This document shows positions 11,357 to 23,089 of a stretch of 64,000 bases of DNA, piece by piece. Source of the stretch: a cyanobacterium endosymbiont of Rhopalodia gibba. GTDB lineage: Bacteria > Cyanobacteriota > Cyanobacteriia > Cyanobacteriales > Microcystaceae. Both the position numbers and the translations under genes were made by a program. How positions within the stretch are numbered: position 1 is the first letter of the stretch; each line of letters starts with the position of its first letter. The stretch lies in NCBI GenBank assembly GCA_045159875.1, contig CP067995.1, positions 1,600,001 through 1,664,000 on the forward strand, in the 5' to 3' direction. Below the pieces are notes generated by a model. The model did not search any database. It saw only the letters and a program-made list of their open reading frames with translations, and was not told where the DNA came from.

Positions 11357-14167
11357 CTAAGCAGTTTGAGGTTGTCCTTGAGGTTGAAACTGAAACAACG
11401 AATATACTACATTTCGACGAATATCAATCATCATTTCTAAGAACATTTCATATCCTTCTTGCTTATATTCAATCAAGGGATCTTTTTGTCCATAACCTCG
11501 TAAACCAACAGACTCTCGTAATGCATCCATCGCCTGGAGATGTTCGCGCCATAGAGTATCAATTTGTTGCAAAATAAAAAACCGTTCGGCTTCACGCATT
11601 AAACCAGGACGAATTTTATCTACTTCATCTTCTTTTATATCGTAAGCTTTACGTACCTCTTCATGGAGAAATATCTTCATTTCACTAACGGTCATATCTT
11701 CCATATCTTTAGCAGTAATGTCCTGCAAGAGATAAACGAATTCCTTGACCTTACTCACCAAGTTGTCTACATCCCATTCTTCGGAAGGTAATTCTGGATT
11801 TACATAGGCATCTACAATTTCATCCATGGTTTTCTCAGCATATTGGAGGACCTGTTCCTTAAGATCTAACCCTTCAAGAACTCGGCGACGTTCAGCGTAG
11901 ATAGCGCGACGTTGATTATTCATTACCTCATCATATTCAAACACTTGTTTACGGGTATCGTAATAGAAAGTTTCCACCTTTTTTTGGGCACCCTCCAGAG
12001 AACGGGTAAGCATCTTGGACTCGATGGGCATATCTTCCTCAACACGAAAAGCATTCATCAAACCGGCCACGCGATCACCCCCAAAAATTCTTAAAAGATT
12101 ATCTTCTAAACTTAAGAAAAATTTTGTTGATCCTGGATCACCTTGTCGTCCTGCTCGTCCCCGTAATTGATTATCAATGCGTCGGGACTCGTGGCGTTCA
12201 GTCCCGATCACGTTGAGTCCGCCTAATTCCACCACTTCATTTTGTTCCTTATTGGTAACAGTTTCGTAGGATTGACGAATAGCCTTGTAAACCTCACGCA
12301 ATTTTTTAATCACAGGGTCTTCGGTGGGAGCTTTTTCTGAGGCAACTGCAATCTTTTCTTCAGCTTCAAGTTCTGATAAACTTTGCTGTCCGTAATTGTC
12401 AACGGCTATTTTAATCATATCTTTCAGCATTTTTTCGATTTCAGGAGAGAGCTGAGTGGGGAAAATATCTGAATCGGAAGGACTCCAGTTTTTAGCTTTC
12501 TTCTTTTCTTTCCCAAATCCTTGAGACCGACGACCTCCACCATTCACCGTCATTGCCGCCATGATACCATCATCTTCAGGCATCACAATTTGAGGCATCA
12601 GGAATTCCCGAATTTTTAGCCGCGCCATATAGTCGGCATTTCCCCCTAAAATAATGTCAGTTCCTCGTCCTGCCATATTGGTGGCGATAGTAACTGAACC
12701 TTTTCGTCCGGCTTGGGCGACAATTTCTGATTCCCGCTCTACGTTTTCAGGACGGGCATTAAGAAGGTTATGGGGAATTTTTTTTGTCTGCAAGAGTTGG
12801 GAAAGAACTTCTGATTTTTCAACACTGGTAGTTCCTACGAGGATAGGTCGTCCTTGATGGTGTAACTTTTCCACTTCAGCAGCCACGGCTCGCCATTTAG
12901 CTGGTTCGGTTTTATAGACAACATCAGGAAAATCGTAGCGTTGGGAAGGTCGGTTGGTAGGAATAATAGTAACTTGAAGATTATAGACTTTTTCAAGTTC
13001 TGTTTCTTCAGTTTTTGCGGTCCCTGTCATCCCTGAGAGTTTAGGATAGAGAAGAAAGAAATTTTGATAGGTAATGGTGGCTAGAGTCTGAGTTTCTTTT
13101 TGAATATCCACCCCTTCTTTTGCTTCAATGGCTTGGTGTAATCCATCACTCCACCGCCGTCCAGGTAGCACCCGCCCTGTAAATTCATCAACAATCACCA
13201 CTTCTTTGCTGCGGATCATGTAGTTAACGTCTTTAACAAATAATTCCTTAGCTTTAATTGCGTTAAAAATGTAGTGCGCCCAAGGATTTTCTTGATCGTA
13301 GAGGTCCTTAACCCCCAATAACTCCTCTGCTTTTTCGAACCCTTGATCCGTCATCAAAACGTTCCGAGCTTTTTCGTCTACTTCATAGTCTCCTGGTTCT
13401 TCTTCACTTTTTTGCGTGATGAGTTGTGCGGCAATGGAGGCTGCCTTGAGATATTTTTCGGTAGGACGTTCTATCTGTCCTGAAATAATCAGAGGGGTTC
13501 GAGCTTCATCAATTAAGATAGAATCTACTTCGTCAATGATGCAGTAATTGAAAGGGAGTTGAACCACTTCAGCCATAGCGGTGGCCATATTATCCCGTAG
13601 ATAATCAAACCCTAATTCGCTATTGGTGGTATATGTGATGTCACAAGCATAGTTCTTCTTTCGTTCATCAGGACTCATTCCTGCTTGAATTAGCCCGACA
13701 CTGAGTCCTAAAAAACGATGAACCTGCCCCATCCATTCAGCATCCCGACGGGCTAGGTAGTCGTTCACGGTAACAACATGGACTCCTTTTTTAGTTAGTC
13801 CATTAAGATAGGCAGGAAGGGTTGCCACTAAGGTTTTCCCTTCCCCTGTTTTCATTTCTGCAATTTGCCCTTTGTGTAGAACAATTCCACCGAGAATCTG
13901 AACATCAAAGTGGCGCATCCCTAAGACCCGAATTCCAGCTTCTCGTACCACAGCAAAGGCTTCGGGTAAGATCTCATCTAAGATATCTTCTAACTCTTCA
14001 TTATCTTTCGCTTTGTCGATCGCTTCTCTAAATTTAACTGTTTTCTGCTTGAGTTCTTCATCGGATAATTGTTGAATGTCTTCTTCGAATATATTCACTT
14101 CTGTGACTAAAGACTGAAATTTTTTGAGTTTGCGGGTGTTTGGGTCACCAAATAGAGTTTTAAGCAT
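11357..14167 (-). CDS. secA: Preprotein translocase subunit SecA
   Basis: [55 protein letters not shown]. Confidence 0.99.
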   Translation of the reverse strand: MLKTLFGDPNTRKLKKFQSLVTEVNIFEEDIQQLSDEELKQKTVKFREAIDKAKDNEELEDILDEILPEAFAVVREAGIRVLGMRHFDVQILGGIVLHKGQIAEMKTGEGKTLVATLPAYLNGLTKKGVHVVTVNDYLARRDAEWMGQVHRFLGLSVGLIQAGMSPDERKKNYACDITYTTNSELGFDYLRDNMATAMAEVVQLPFNYCIIDEVDSILIDEARTPLIISGQIERPTEKYLKAASIAAQLITQKSEEEPGDYEVDEKARNVLMTDQGFEKAEELLGVKDLYDQENPWAHYIFNAIKAKELFVKDVNYMIRSKEVVIVDEFTGRVLPGRRWSDGLHQAIEAKEGVDIQKETQTLATITYQNFFLLYPKLSGMTGTAKTEETELEKVYNLQVTIIPTNRPSQRYDFPDVVYKTEPAKWRAVAAEVEKLHHQGRPILVGTTSVEKSEVLSQLLQTKKIPHNLLNARPENVERESEIVAQAGRKGSVTIATNMAGRGTDIILGGNADYMARLKIREFLMPQIVMPEDDGIMAAMTVNGGGRRSQGFGKEKKKAKNWSPSDSDIFPTQLSPEIEKMLKDMIKIAVDNYGQQSLSELEAEEKIAVASEKAPTEDPVIKKLREVYKAIRQSYETVTNKEQNEVVELGGLNVIGTERHESRRIDNQLRGRAGRQGDPGSTKFFLSLEDNLLRIFGGDRVAGLMNAFRVEEDMPIESKMLTRSLEGAQKKVETFYYDTRKQVFEYDEVMNNQRRAIYAERRRVLEGLDLKEQVLQYAEKTMDEIVDAYVNPELPSEEWDVDNLVSKVKEFVYLLQDITAKDMEDMTVSEMKIFLHEEVRKAYDIKEDEVDKIRPGLMREAERFFILQQIDTLWREHLQAMDALRESVGLRGYGQKDPLIEYKQEGYEMFLEMMIDIRRNVVYSLFQFQPQGQPQTA

Positions 14168-14772
14168 AGGTTTCTTTTAGAACTTATTCTAACTGTTTAA
14201 GGATTTAGGCTTTAAGATGCCTAAAATGACGATTTTTGTCTTAAACTATAAAGATTGAGGATTGATAAAGAAGTTATAAATCATTGTATCATCTAGGTTT
14301 TAGTACCGATTTTTCCCTCTTGATATTGAGAAGATGAGGAGATGAGAGAAGAATTTACTATGATGGCCTATTGTCAATAATAATCAAATTGAACTCGTCT
14401 ATAGTAGGTGTAATAAAACTTTAACAAATAAAATCTAAAAGTATTTATTTGTTAAAATTTTTTAGACCTTGTAAGCTCAGTCTTTAATAAAAATTGAGTT
14501 TTTGTAGTTACAGAACACGTTCACAATAAAATATTGATATTTATTAACTACCAATGTTTTATATTTTTTAGTATATTAAGGTCTTAAGTTAACTAACCAA
14601 ACATAATATAATAACTCAATAAATTCTGTAAAAATTTTTTTTAGTTATTATATTAATAATCTTTAATAATCTTGTAAATGGAATATTAACATTTTTATAA
14701 ATTTGAAAAATAGTATAATAAAGAGACATAAATTTTACTAAACAAACAATTTTTTACTAATTTTTTTAAAAA

Positions 14773-14819
14773 AGTATCTAATGCTGCAGTATTTTTAAAA
14801 TACTGCAGCATTAGATACT
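14773..14819. repeat. Perfect inverted repeat, 23-bp arms, 1-nt spacer
   Basis: AGTATCTAATGCTGCAGTATTTT-t-AAAATACTGCAGCATTAGATACT. Confidence 0.95.
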
Positions 14820-15011
14820 ACCTTGACTCGACCTAATCTATAAGGAGAACATATAAAATCTTTAAAGACAACATTTAGATTAGTTAATTAAAAATAAAAT
14901 TAATATAAATATTGTCTAAATATTTTTCTACACAAAAAAAACCTATATTTAAAATCTCTTAAAAAGAGATATTTTAAATATAAATTTCTTATAAAGATTA
15001 GTGCTAATTAG

Positions 15012-15055
15012 GCTTTTATAGATATTTTTTTGTACAAAAAAATATCTATAAAAGC
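15012..15055. repeat. Perfect 44-bp palindrome, no spacer
   Basis: GCTTTTATAGATATTTTTTTGT|ACAAAAAAATATCTATAAAAGC. Confidence 0.95.
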
Positions 15056-15434
15056 ACAATTTTTAAGACTTTTAATACTAATAATTAAATAGTTTAACGT
15101 ACAATTATTATTTTTTTTAAAAAAATTATTCATATTAATTTTGATGTACGAGCCATCATTGGAATAACTTTAAAATCACAAATTGTTGTTGTGATGCAAT
15201 ATTAGAGAATCACAACTTTGTTACTATTGATGTAGCTTATTTAAATATATTTATTAGTACAAATAAAATGATCAACAGACAAAAACTATGGATTTATGAA
15301 CTTGAATTTAATAATTGATTTAATCAATAACTCTTGAAGCTTATATTTAATTTTCGTATGTCTATGCTTAACCCTTTAATCCCTTATGTAAACAGCATAT
15401 TAATCTCAATTTTTGGGGTAGTGATGTTGCACTA

Positions 15435-15479
15435 ATTTAGTTAAAATTACTATAATAGTTTTGGTTATATTAACTATAA
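15435..15479 (+). promoter_or_regulatory. Two tandem NrtR-type operator boxes upstream of nadA
   Basis: ATTTA-GT-TAAAATT-AC-TATAA (15435-15455) and TTTTG-GT-TATATTA-AC-TATAA (15459-15479), both with the GT-N7-AC core of NrtR sites. Confidence 0.65.
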
Positions 15480-15505
15480 ATTCCCCTCAGGAGTGACATT
15501 CCACT

Positions 15506-16477
15506 GTGTTTACCACTATACGACTCCACCCATCTTCACAATCCAATCAAATTCCTAATGATTTATTTACAGCGATAAGCCAACTTAAAAAGGAATTAAA
15601 TGCTGTTATTTTGGCTCATTATTATCAAGATGATGATATCCAGGATATTGCAGATTTTTTAGGTGATTCTTTGAGTCTTTCTCAACGAGCGGCTAACACA
15701 AATGCAGATGTCATTGTCTTTGCTGGAGTTCATTTTATGGCAGAAACGGCTAAAATCTTGAATCCTAATAAATTAGTTTTGCTCCCTGATTTAAGAGCGG
15801 GTTGTTCTTTAGCTGATAGCTGTCCTCCTGATACTTTCGCTCAATTTAAAGCTCAATACCCCAATTGTATTGTAGTTTCCTACATTAATTGTAGTGCTGC
15901 TATTAAGGCTATGAGTGATATTATTTGTACGAGTTCTAATGCGGTTAAAATCGTTGAGCAACTGCCAAAAGATCGCTCTATTATTTTTGCTCCTGATCGC
16001 AACTTAGGAAAGTATGTAATGAAACAAACAGGACGAAAGTTAATTCTTTGGCAGGGCAGTTGTATAGTTCATGAAACCTTTTCAGAAAAGAAAATGGTTC
16101 AGCTAAAGATAGAACATCCCCTCGCGGAAATAATTGCTCATCCTGAATGTGAAACTTCTGTTTTACGTCATGCTAATTATATTGGTTCAACTACTGCTTT
16201 GTTAAAATATTGTCAGCAAAGTTCAAGTAATGAATTCATTGTAGTAACAGAACCAGGAATTATTCATCAGATGGAAAAAGTTGCCCCTACAAAACACTTT
16301 ATTCCTGCACCAGCAATAAATAATTGTGCTTGTAATGAATGTCCTTATATGCGCTTGAATACACTTGAAAAATTATATCTTGCAATGAAGTTTAAACAGC
16401 CAGAAATTACCATAAATGAATCTATTCGAATTGCTGCTTTACGTCCTATTCAAAAGATGTTTGAATTATCTTGTTAG
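15506..16477 (+). CDS. nadA: Quinolinate synthase
   Basis: [42 protein letters not shown]. Confidence 0.97.
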   Translation: MFTTIRLHPSSQSNQIPNDLFTAISQLKKELNAVILAHYYQDDDIQDIADFLGDSLSLSQRAANTNADVIVFAGVHFMAETAKILNPNKLVLLPDLRAGCSLADSCPPDTFAQFKAQYPNCIVVSYINCSAAIKAMSDIICTSSNAVKIVEQLPKDRSIIFAPDRNLGKYVMKQTGRKLILWQGSCIVHETFSEKKMVQLKIEHPLAEIIAHPECETSVLRHANYIGSTTALLKYCQQSSSNEFIVVTEPGIIHQMEKVAPTKHFIPAPAINNCACNECPYMRLNTLEKLYLAMKFKQPEITINESIRIAALRPIQKMFELSC

Positions 16478-16542
16478 TTAATTGACTTAATTAGCTATTC
16501 GTTGCGAAAAGGGACTGTCAACTAGGAAAATTTAAAATAAAT

Positions 16543-16631
16543 GTAGGGCGTGTTACCTTATATTTAATACACTAGATATTGTCAGTGAAAGTATGTCGCA
16601 TCACAATGAAAATTAATATAACACGCCCTAC
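16543..16631. repeat. GTAG-type REP/MITE-like inverted repeat
   Basis: GTAGGGCGTGTTA ... 63 nt ... TAACACGCCCTAC, a perfect 13-bp IR. Confidence 0.55.
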
Positions 16632-17889
16632 TTTCTATTTAGTTTACGAACAGTCTCTAAAATAGTTGCAGATTTTTTTGTCTATCATAAAACTTTAGCT
16701 AAAGAAAATTGTGTTCATTAATCTCCAGTTAACTTCGAATATTGATTACTTTTACAAATAGAAGTTAGCTCTTAGTTTTATTTTAAAAAATTAGACAAGC
16801 TTATGAAAAACATAATTTAGAAGAATATCCAAGATATAGAGTCTCTCAATTTGAATGAAGTAATTACTTCATTTAAATTGAGAAAGTTTTTTATAGACTA
16901 TTACTATCTCAGTCTGTTTCTTTTATAGAAAATTTAATTTGCTTTATTTTTTTATGGATTCTGCTCAAGTCAAAAATAAACTACTCAAAAAAAATTAAAA
17001 TAAAATTAGTTTTGTTTTAAACACAGATAAAGATATTAGCGATTAAAGTTAAATTCTTTAATGGTAGCATTGACAATCTTAATACATATTAAAACATAGT
17101 AGTGAAAGGAATTTAGTTATATAAAAATTAAAAAGTTACTTTTGATGAGTGTAGGGAGCAAATTCAAAAATATCTCGACACTAATTTTAATCAACTTTTA
17201 TCCCAAAAGACAGATAACGCACTCGAAAATTTTGTTAATTTAGTAATTATAAGAGTAAGGAAATTAGAGATTATAGTAAAATAGCTAAAAGTTTAGAATA
17301 AAATTTTTAAACTACAATTTAGATTAATCCTAAACCTTAAATAATTTTATATATTAATTAAGGACATAAACAATAACTAATAAATAAAAATCCATAAAAA
17401 ATCAGAAATACTTATAATAAAAGAAAAAATATGTTAGATATACCAAAAAGAAAACATATTTGACTGAAGACATAAAAAGATTGAATAAAAAATAAACAGT
17501 CAAATTTAGACAGGTTTATAAAACGTCATTAGTTTTTTTGAAGAGATACTAACTATATTTAAAGGAATTTAGAAAATTTTTTATAGAAATACAGATTAGG
17601 TATCAGAACTGTTAAAATTAGTTAATTAGTGTCATACTGTTTACTTTTCATCATATAAAGTTATAAAGTAATTAGGCTAGGCATTTAATTAGAAAAATTC
17701 TTCCTCATTTTTAAGTAAGAAAACCTTAAAGGACAGTATAAAATATTAACAATAAATTGAAGTAAACTAAGAAGAAAGCTTATGGAATCAGCAATTTTAT
17801 CATTTTTTAATTTTAGATTTTTTTAACTTGACATATTACTAATTAATTCTACATTATTAGTTTGGTATAATCTTTCTTCATTGCAATCT

Positions 17890-18495
17890 CAAACTACTTT
17901 CTGTTTTCTAACTTATACATAAAAAGCAATTATTAGACTTTATAGAATAAAACTTACTTTATATTAAGTATTCCAACCTCATACTTCTATTTATTTTGAA
18001 TAACACAGTATTTCTCAATCAACTTTTTCTGATTTTTTTATTGAGGACATAGATTAATTCTCATACTTACTTTTGTCATTTTTGATTTTTAGCTCTGTAT
18101 TTAAAATAATTACGATTTTTTCCGGAGACTAATTTATTTTTCTTCTCTGACAAATTGAATAATTGTTAGCTATTAGTATAATTTACCATTTCTTTCTAAA
18201 AGATCTTTGATATATTTTATATATTCTTTTATACAAGTTTTTTTTACTTCTTACAAAATTCAACAATCTTATTTTTTAAGTGAAGAATTTATCTAAAATT
18301 TTATTCCTATGGTTTATTTTCTAATAGATTTACTAAATATACAGTTTCTTGAAACTATCATTCTTTTTTTATAACTTATGCTTTCGTTCTAGTCCTATTA
18401 AAAACTTTTAGATTGCGGGTTGACTTTAATATTTTTTTTTCTTACTAATTAGATTAGTTTAAATTTTAGGTGGACTGACATCTATTGCTCTTCCC
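17890..18495 (-). repeat. Decayed dispersed repeat, copy A
   Basis: Aligns by eye with 41880-42450 in the same orientation; probably an old IS, family not identified. Confidence 0.65.
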
Positions 18496-18660
18496 TTTTT
18501 ACCCAATCTTTATTCTATACTTATCTAGGCTCATTTACTCAATATAGCTTACTATTTGTGAGCAATGAATTATACAGTCTCTAAAATAATTGTCAACTGA
18601 TAATACTTGACCGACTTGTTATACTAAATAAGACTAAAATACCTAATTTTTTAACTAAAG

Positions 18661-19446
18661 ATGAAACGGCGACAGTTACTTTACTATGCTAGTGCAGGTG
18701 CCATTACAGCCACTGTAATTCCTCTGATTTCTAACTTTCAACTGGCTTCAGCTGAGGGTAACGGTTCGTTGCTGATACAGTATTTAGGTCATACTTCTTT
18801 TCTATACATAGGGGGAGGACTAAGAATTTTAGCTAATCCTTTTCGGACAATTGGCTGTACTGCCGGATATAGACTACCTAAAATAGAGGCAGATTTAGTA
18901 ATTATTAGTAGTCAACTCTGGGATGAAGGAGCAGCTGAAAACCTACCTGGAAATCCTAAGATTTTGTATGAACCTGGAGTTTATGAAATTAAAGGGCTGA
19001 GAATTCAAGGCGTTGGCATTGATCATGATCGTAAGGGAGGCAAACAATTCGGAACTAACGTCGCTTGGCGTTGGATTCAAGGAGGACTGCGGATTGTCCA
19101 TTTAGGCGGAGCAGCTGCCCCGATTGGCATTGAACAGAAAATTCTTCTAGGGACTCCTGATATTGCCATGATCCCTGTGGGAGGAGGACCAAAAGCCTAT
19201 AAACCTAATGAGGGAAAACAGGCGATGGAGATTCTCAAGCCCAAGGTAATGATTCCTACTCATTATTTAACAGAAGCCGCAGATATAGAAGCTTGTGACT
19301 TATCTCCTGTAGATAAATTTTTAGAGTTAGTCAAAGACATGAATATTCGTCAGATTAATGACAACAAGTTACTAATCAAATTTCAAGATTTGCCCAAAGA
19401 AGGGACAGTTATTCGAGTTTTTAGTGAAAAACCAGTCCTTAAATAA
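18661..19446 (+). CDS. Metallo-beta-lactamase-fold hydrolase with Tat signal peptide
   Basis: MKRRQLL twin-Arg start; YLGHTSFL, IVHLG, IPVGG, MIPTHY. Confidence 0.85.
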   Translation: MKRRQLLYYASAGAITATVIPLISNFQLASAEGNGSLLIQYLGHTSFLYIGGGLRILANPFRTIGCTAGYRLPKIEADLVIISSQLWDEGAAENLPGNPKILYEPGVYEIKGLRIQGVGIDHDRKGGKQFGTNVAWRWIQGGLRIVHLGGAAAPIGIEQKILLGTPDIAMIPVGGGPKAYKPNEGKQAMEILKPKVMIPTHYLTEAADIEACDLSPVDKFLELVKDMNIRQINDNKLLIKFQDLPKEGTVIRVFSEKPVLK

Positions 19447-19458
19447 TTCTTAGTCAGA

Positions 19459-20124
19459 CTAAACTAATACGAGCATAGTTTGTGAAATATAATACCCAAC
19501 GACTCTAGAAATCGAGTCTAAACCATGGAAGAAATTGACCGTTGCTTCGATAGAAGGTTCCAGCTGAGTATGATAAACTAATTTTCCAAGATGGGGATAA
19601 ACTTTAACAATTAAGCCATAAGCCCAAGCTCTAATTGAAATTTTTGCTAAATGTTTAATTAGTTCTGTTTTTCTAGCAGAATGGAAAGGACTAATGATAA
19701 CGGGTAAACAAGTGAGTTATTTTAGGACAACCACTGCTTGTGAGTTTAGAACATTGCGAGTATAGATAGGTATTAAAATCATCAATTTCTTGCTTACCTA
19801 ACACTATCTGAAAATTTCTTTGACTTAAGATATATTCTGCTCAAAAATAAACTCTTTAATAATTGCGGCTCAACCTAATTTTAAAAGTCTTTAAAACCAA
19901 GAAAAAGGGATATATAGTTCAAATTTTTCTCCCCGTAACTCTTGAGCAGATAATTTTTTTAATTTAGAGACAACAGTCTCCATCTGTTTAAAATTATTAA
20001 TAATATAAGAGCTACTAATAATTACAATTTATTGATTACTAAAAAATACAATATTTGTTAAAGTTACAATGTTTACTTCTTTAGAAAAAAATTCTAAGCC
20101 AAGCTTTGCATTTAATTCGTACAT
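19459..20124 (-). pseudogene. aroF: DAHP synthase (class I-beta, short aroF-like) pseudogene
   Basis: Collinear fragments: M..LNAKL, *IVII, QMETVVSKL..QELRG, AEYILSQRN, YTRNVLNSQAVVVLK*LTCLPVIISPFHSA, AWAYGLIVKVYP; stops, frameshifts and a large internal deletion. Confidence 0.85.
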
Positions 20125-20280
20125 AATTTTTTTTAACTAAGAATAAACATTTAACAAATAAAATCTCGTATCAGTATTCAAGAAATGATGTGAACTAAAA
20201 AGAACAAGACAGCTCAGTCTTGCCAAAATTTTTGTAGTTATCAAATAAAATGAAAGCTATAAAATTAAGTTCGAGATGTA

Positions 20281-20317
20281 ATTATATTGTTTGTCTAGAA
20301 AAGACAAACAATATAAT
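20281..20317. repeat. Perfect inverted repeat, 16-bp arms, 5-nt loop
   Basis: ATTATATTGTTTGTCT-agaaa-AGACAAACAATATAAT. Confidence 0.9.
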
Positions 20318-20619
20318 CTTGCAATCTTGTCAATTAACCTCAATTTTATGCTAATGTGGTATAATTTAATATATCTTATTCTAGCTTGACTTAAGACTGT
20401 GGATACTGGACTTAAATTTTAGAGTGTTGCGGTAGAGCTATTATTTTTAGATATCAAAGAAACAATCGATAGATGTTCAGTATCTATAAATAATAATTAG
20501 GTAAAAAGCTTCAAAGAATGTTCATATGACCTACCCTCAAAAGACTATAAAGTCAATTAGCACAGAGTTAGGATACACACACAAACATCCTAGTGCGTTA
20601 CGATATAAAAAAAAAGTAG

Positions 20620-20659
20620 AAAGTATTCCATCTACACTATAGTTTAGATGGAATACTTT
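20620..20659. repeat. 40-bp palindrome with one mismatch
   Basis: AAAGTATTCCATCTAcACTA|TAGTtTAGATGGAATACTTT. Confidence 0.9.
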
Positions 20660-20821
20660 GCTTACTAATTCTAAATAAAACAGTTTTCTGAAGTTCGGTG
20701 ATGATCACGTTAAAAAATGTCGATCGGTTCAAATCCTTAAAAAAGTTCACTTTTAATGTCTCACAACGCTATAATAGCTCAATAAAGATTATCAATTATC
20801 ATCGACTCGGAGGAGGAAGCT

Positions 20822-21187
20822 ATTCCTGAGCAACTTACCCTGACCGTGAGTTTACGAGGAACTCGCGATGTTAGAAACACATACCAAATTTTTCGGCTAA
20901 CTGGTTTATTAGATGCTTTTTCTGAACCTACTTTTCGTAAGGTGATTGGAAATTGTATAGATGAGGGTCCAGCCGATGTTATTCTAGTTTTGTCTCAAAT
21001 TGACTTTATTGACAGTTCTGGACTGGGTGCTTTAGTTCAACTTGTTAAAAAAGCACAAACCAATAAAGGTAGCTTACAAATTGTTACGAACCCTAGAGTA
21101 ACTCAAACTGTTAAGCTAGTCCGTCTAGAAAAATTTTTGTCTTTGCAAGCTTCAGTTGAAGATGCTGTCAATAATCTCCCAAAGTAG
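20822..21187 (+). CDS. STAS-domain anti-sigma factor antagonist; probable ATT start at 20822 (ORF track uses the GTG at 20846)
   Basis: IDFIDSSGLGALV motif; SD GGAGGAGG (20809-20816) 5 nt before the in-frame ATT. Confidence 0.88.
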   Translation: MPEQLTLTVSLRGTRDVRNTYQIFRLTGLLDAFSEPTFRKVIGNCIDEGPADVILVLSQIDFIDSSGLGALVQLVKKAQTNKGSLQIVTNPRVTQTVKLVRLEKFLSLQASVEDAVNNLPK

Positions 21188-21225
21188 TTAACTCATGACG
21201 AGGGACTGCTGCTGCTTTTGTTCTT

Positions 21226-21726
21226 TTGGGATACTTAAACCGAGTTAAGACTGTGAACCTACCGAATTATGACCAAACTCAGTCTCCGATTCCCTATGAG
21301 GTTAATAGAGTCTATGATAGCCTCTCTTCTGAGTCCATTGGTACTAATTTAGAGTCAGTTGGTATGATAAAGCAGTTGTCCCCTGGCTTTCTGGCTTATT
21401 TGGGGGATGCAGTTTATGAACTTTATGTTCGAAGCCACTATATCTTCCCTCCTCGGCGGTTAGCTGACTATCATAATCAAGTGGTATCGTTGGTGCGCGC
21501 CGAAAGCCAAGCTGCTTTTCTGTTAACTCTTTGCCCTCATTTAACGGAATTTGAGAAGGAAATTGTTCGTCGGGGGCGTAATGCAGCGGCGGGAGGACGT
21601 CGACGTGTATCCCCAGAACTTTATCAACAAGCCACCAGTTTTGAAACGTTGATTGGCTATCTCTATCTACACAATCCACAACGTCTAAATCAATTACTCG
21701 GAAAATTAAATTTAAATTCAGCTTAA
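21226..21726 (+). CDS. mrnC: Mini-ribonuclease III
   Basis: LAYLGDAVYELYVR, RRGRNA, YQQATSFETLIGYLYL; start uncertain. Confidence 0.92.
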   Translation: MGYLNRVKTVNLPNYDQTQSPIPYEVNRVYDSLSSESIGTNLESVGMIKQLSPGFLAYLGDAVYELYVRSHYIFPPRRLADYHNQVVSLVRAESQAAFLLTLCPHLTEFEKEIVRRGRNAAAGGRRRVSPELYQQATSFETLIGYLYLHNPQRLNQLLGKLNLNSA

Positions 21727-22515
21727 GTGATGAATTCCTAAGGAAGATTTATGTTAGTGGAAGGAGACGATAGTTTCTAGCCATTTTTTTATTTTCCGTT
21801 GTTGGTGAATCGAGAGAATTTATTTATAAGAATACTTACTAAGAAAAGATGCCGTTTTAAAATGAGAACAGGTGATGCCACAATCGTTGTAATCACTTCT
21901 TGAATTTTCGGGATATCAAAATTTTTGAGTGATTTTATTTATTATATATAGGTTATTCTCCAATCATCGACCTCGTCGTCGTACTTTAACTTAGGTATTG
22001 AAAATAATAAAAGTGTTTTTCAATCTCGTAGAATATCCATTTGGATAAACTGTGCTACCCCGATAAATAAAGTTGATAGGATTGAATAATGTTTGATAAT
22101 TGTGGATAGACTGCCTGGTTATTAAAACGAATGAGTAGTTTCTCTCGACTCCAGAGCAAACTCTCAGAAAAAGAGCTACAAATGTCAAAGTATTAGAATT
22201 TCGGGAAAAACTATGTTAAACCATTGTGAAGGGACTAAACCTTTGGAAGAAATTATGTTAGATCATATATAACGGTAGCAATAACGAGAGATAAGATGCG
22301 GCGTGGACGAACTTTTTTTTGAAATTGAGTTCAAGCTATGGGAGAAAAGGCTAGACGGAATCTCACATCACTCTCGCACCGCTTGGTAAAGGGGGTATTT
22401 TTGTTGTCGGGAACTTTAGCTGGTTGGTACTTATGGTTTAACAAGCTGCATTATCTAAGGTTGTCAAAAGTATTTTAATTCTTCCAAGTTAACACGCAAT
22501 GCTGGAACGAAAGTT

Positions 22516-22863
22516 ATGACTAATATCTACCCATTCGATTGGCCTATTCATGGTGATTGTCAGGCCGAAGTAGTGGTAAAAACGGTGTATTCAATACAGG
22601 AAACTCGCCAGGCTCTCGAGCTGGTTCAAGAGCGTAAGACTGTAGTCTTAATCCTAGATAAGTTGCCCTTAGACCAAGCCCAGCGAGTGGCAGATTGGGT
22701 AGCGGGGGGAGCTTGTGCCACTGATGGACGAACCTTTTGGGTCGGGAAAAGGACCTTAATGTTTGTTCCTAACCAGGTCAGTGTTAAGTCTAGTCGTTCT
22801 CCCATCTCTCCTTTCGCTCCTAACCTCAAAACCAGTATAGAACAGTTGACTAGTATTCCTTAA
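22516..22863 (+). CDS. SepF-domain protein (short SepF paralog)
   Basis: ERKTVVLIL...QAQRVADWVAGGACATDG...MFVP resembles the SepF core. Confidence 0.75.
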   Translation: MTNIYPFDWPIHGDCQAEVVVKTVYSIQETRQALELVQERKTVVLILDKLPLDQAQRVADWVAGGACATDGRTFWVGKRTLMFVPNQVSVKSSRSPISPFAPNLKTSIEQLTSIP

Positions 22864-23089
22864 GGAAAGTTCCTGTATGATTCTGCCAATTGACCTCCTT
22901 GGTAGCGAGAAAACTGAGTATGATCTGAACTAATGTTCTTCAACAGACTAGTATTCTCTGAGGAAAGTTTCCATAGAATTTAACCAAACTTGTCATGTAA
23001 AGTAAAGATACAAAATACATCGTCAATAATAAGCTTATCAAAAGCCGCAGTTTTGATGTGGCTAGCATTTTGGTAGGTTATCTCCTTAA

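Noticed and set aside
14773..15055. Cluster of palindromes as a possible CRISPR array or oriC
   Set aside because: The units differ in sequence, there is no repeat-spacer periodicity or cas gene, and I saw no DnaA-box cluster.
17440..17620. Possible IS256/IS1-like C-terminal remnant (KTYLTEDIKRLNKK)
   Set aside because: Too degenerate to call without a search.
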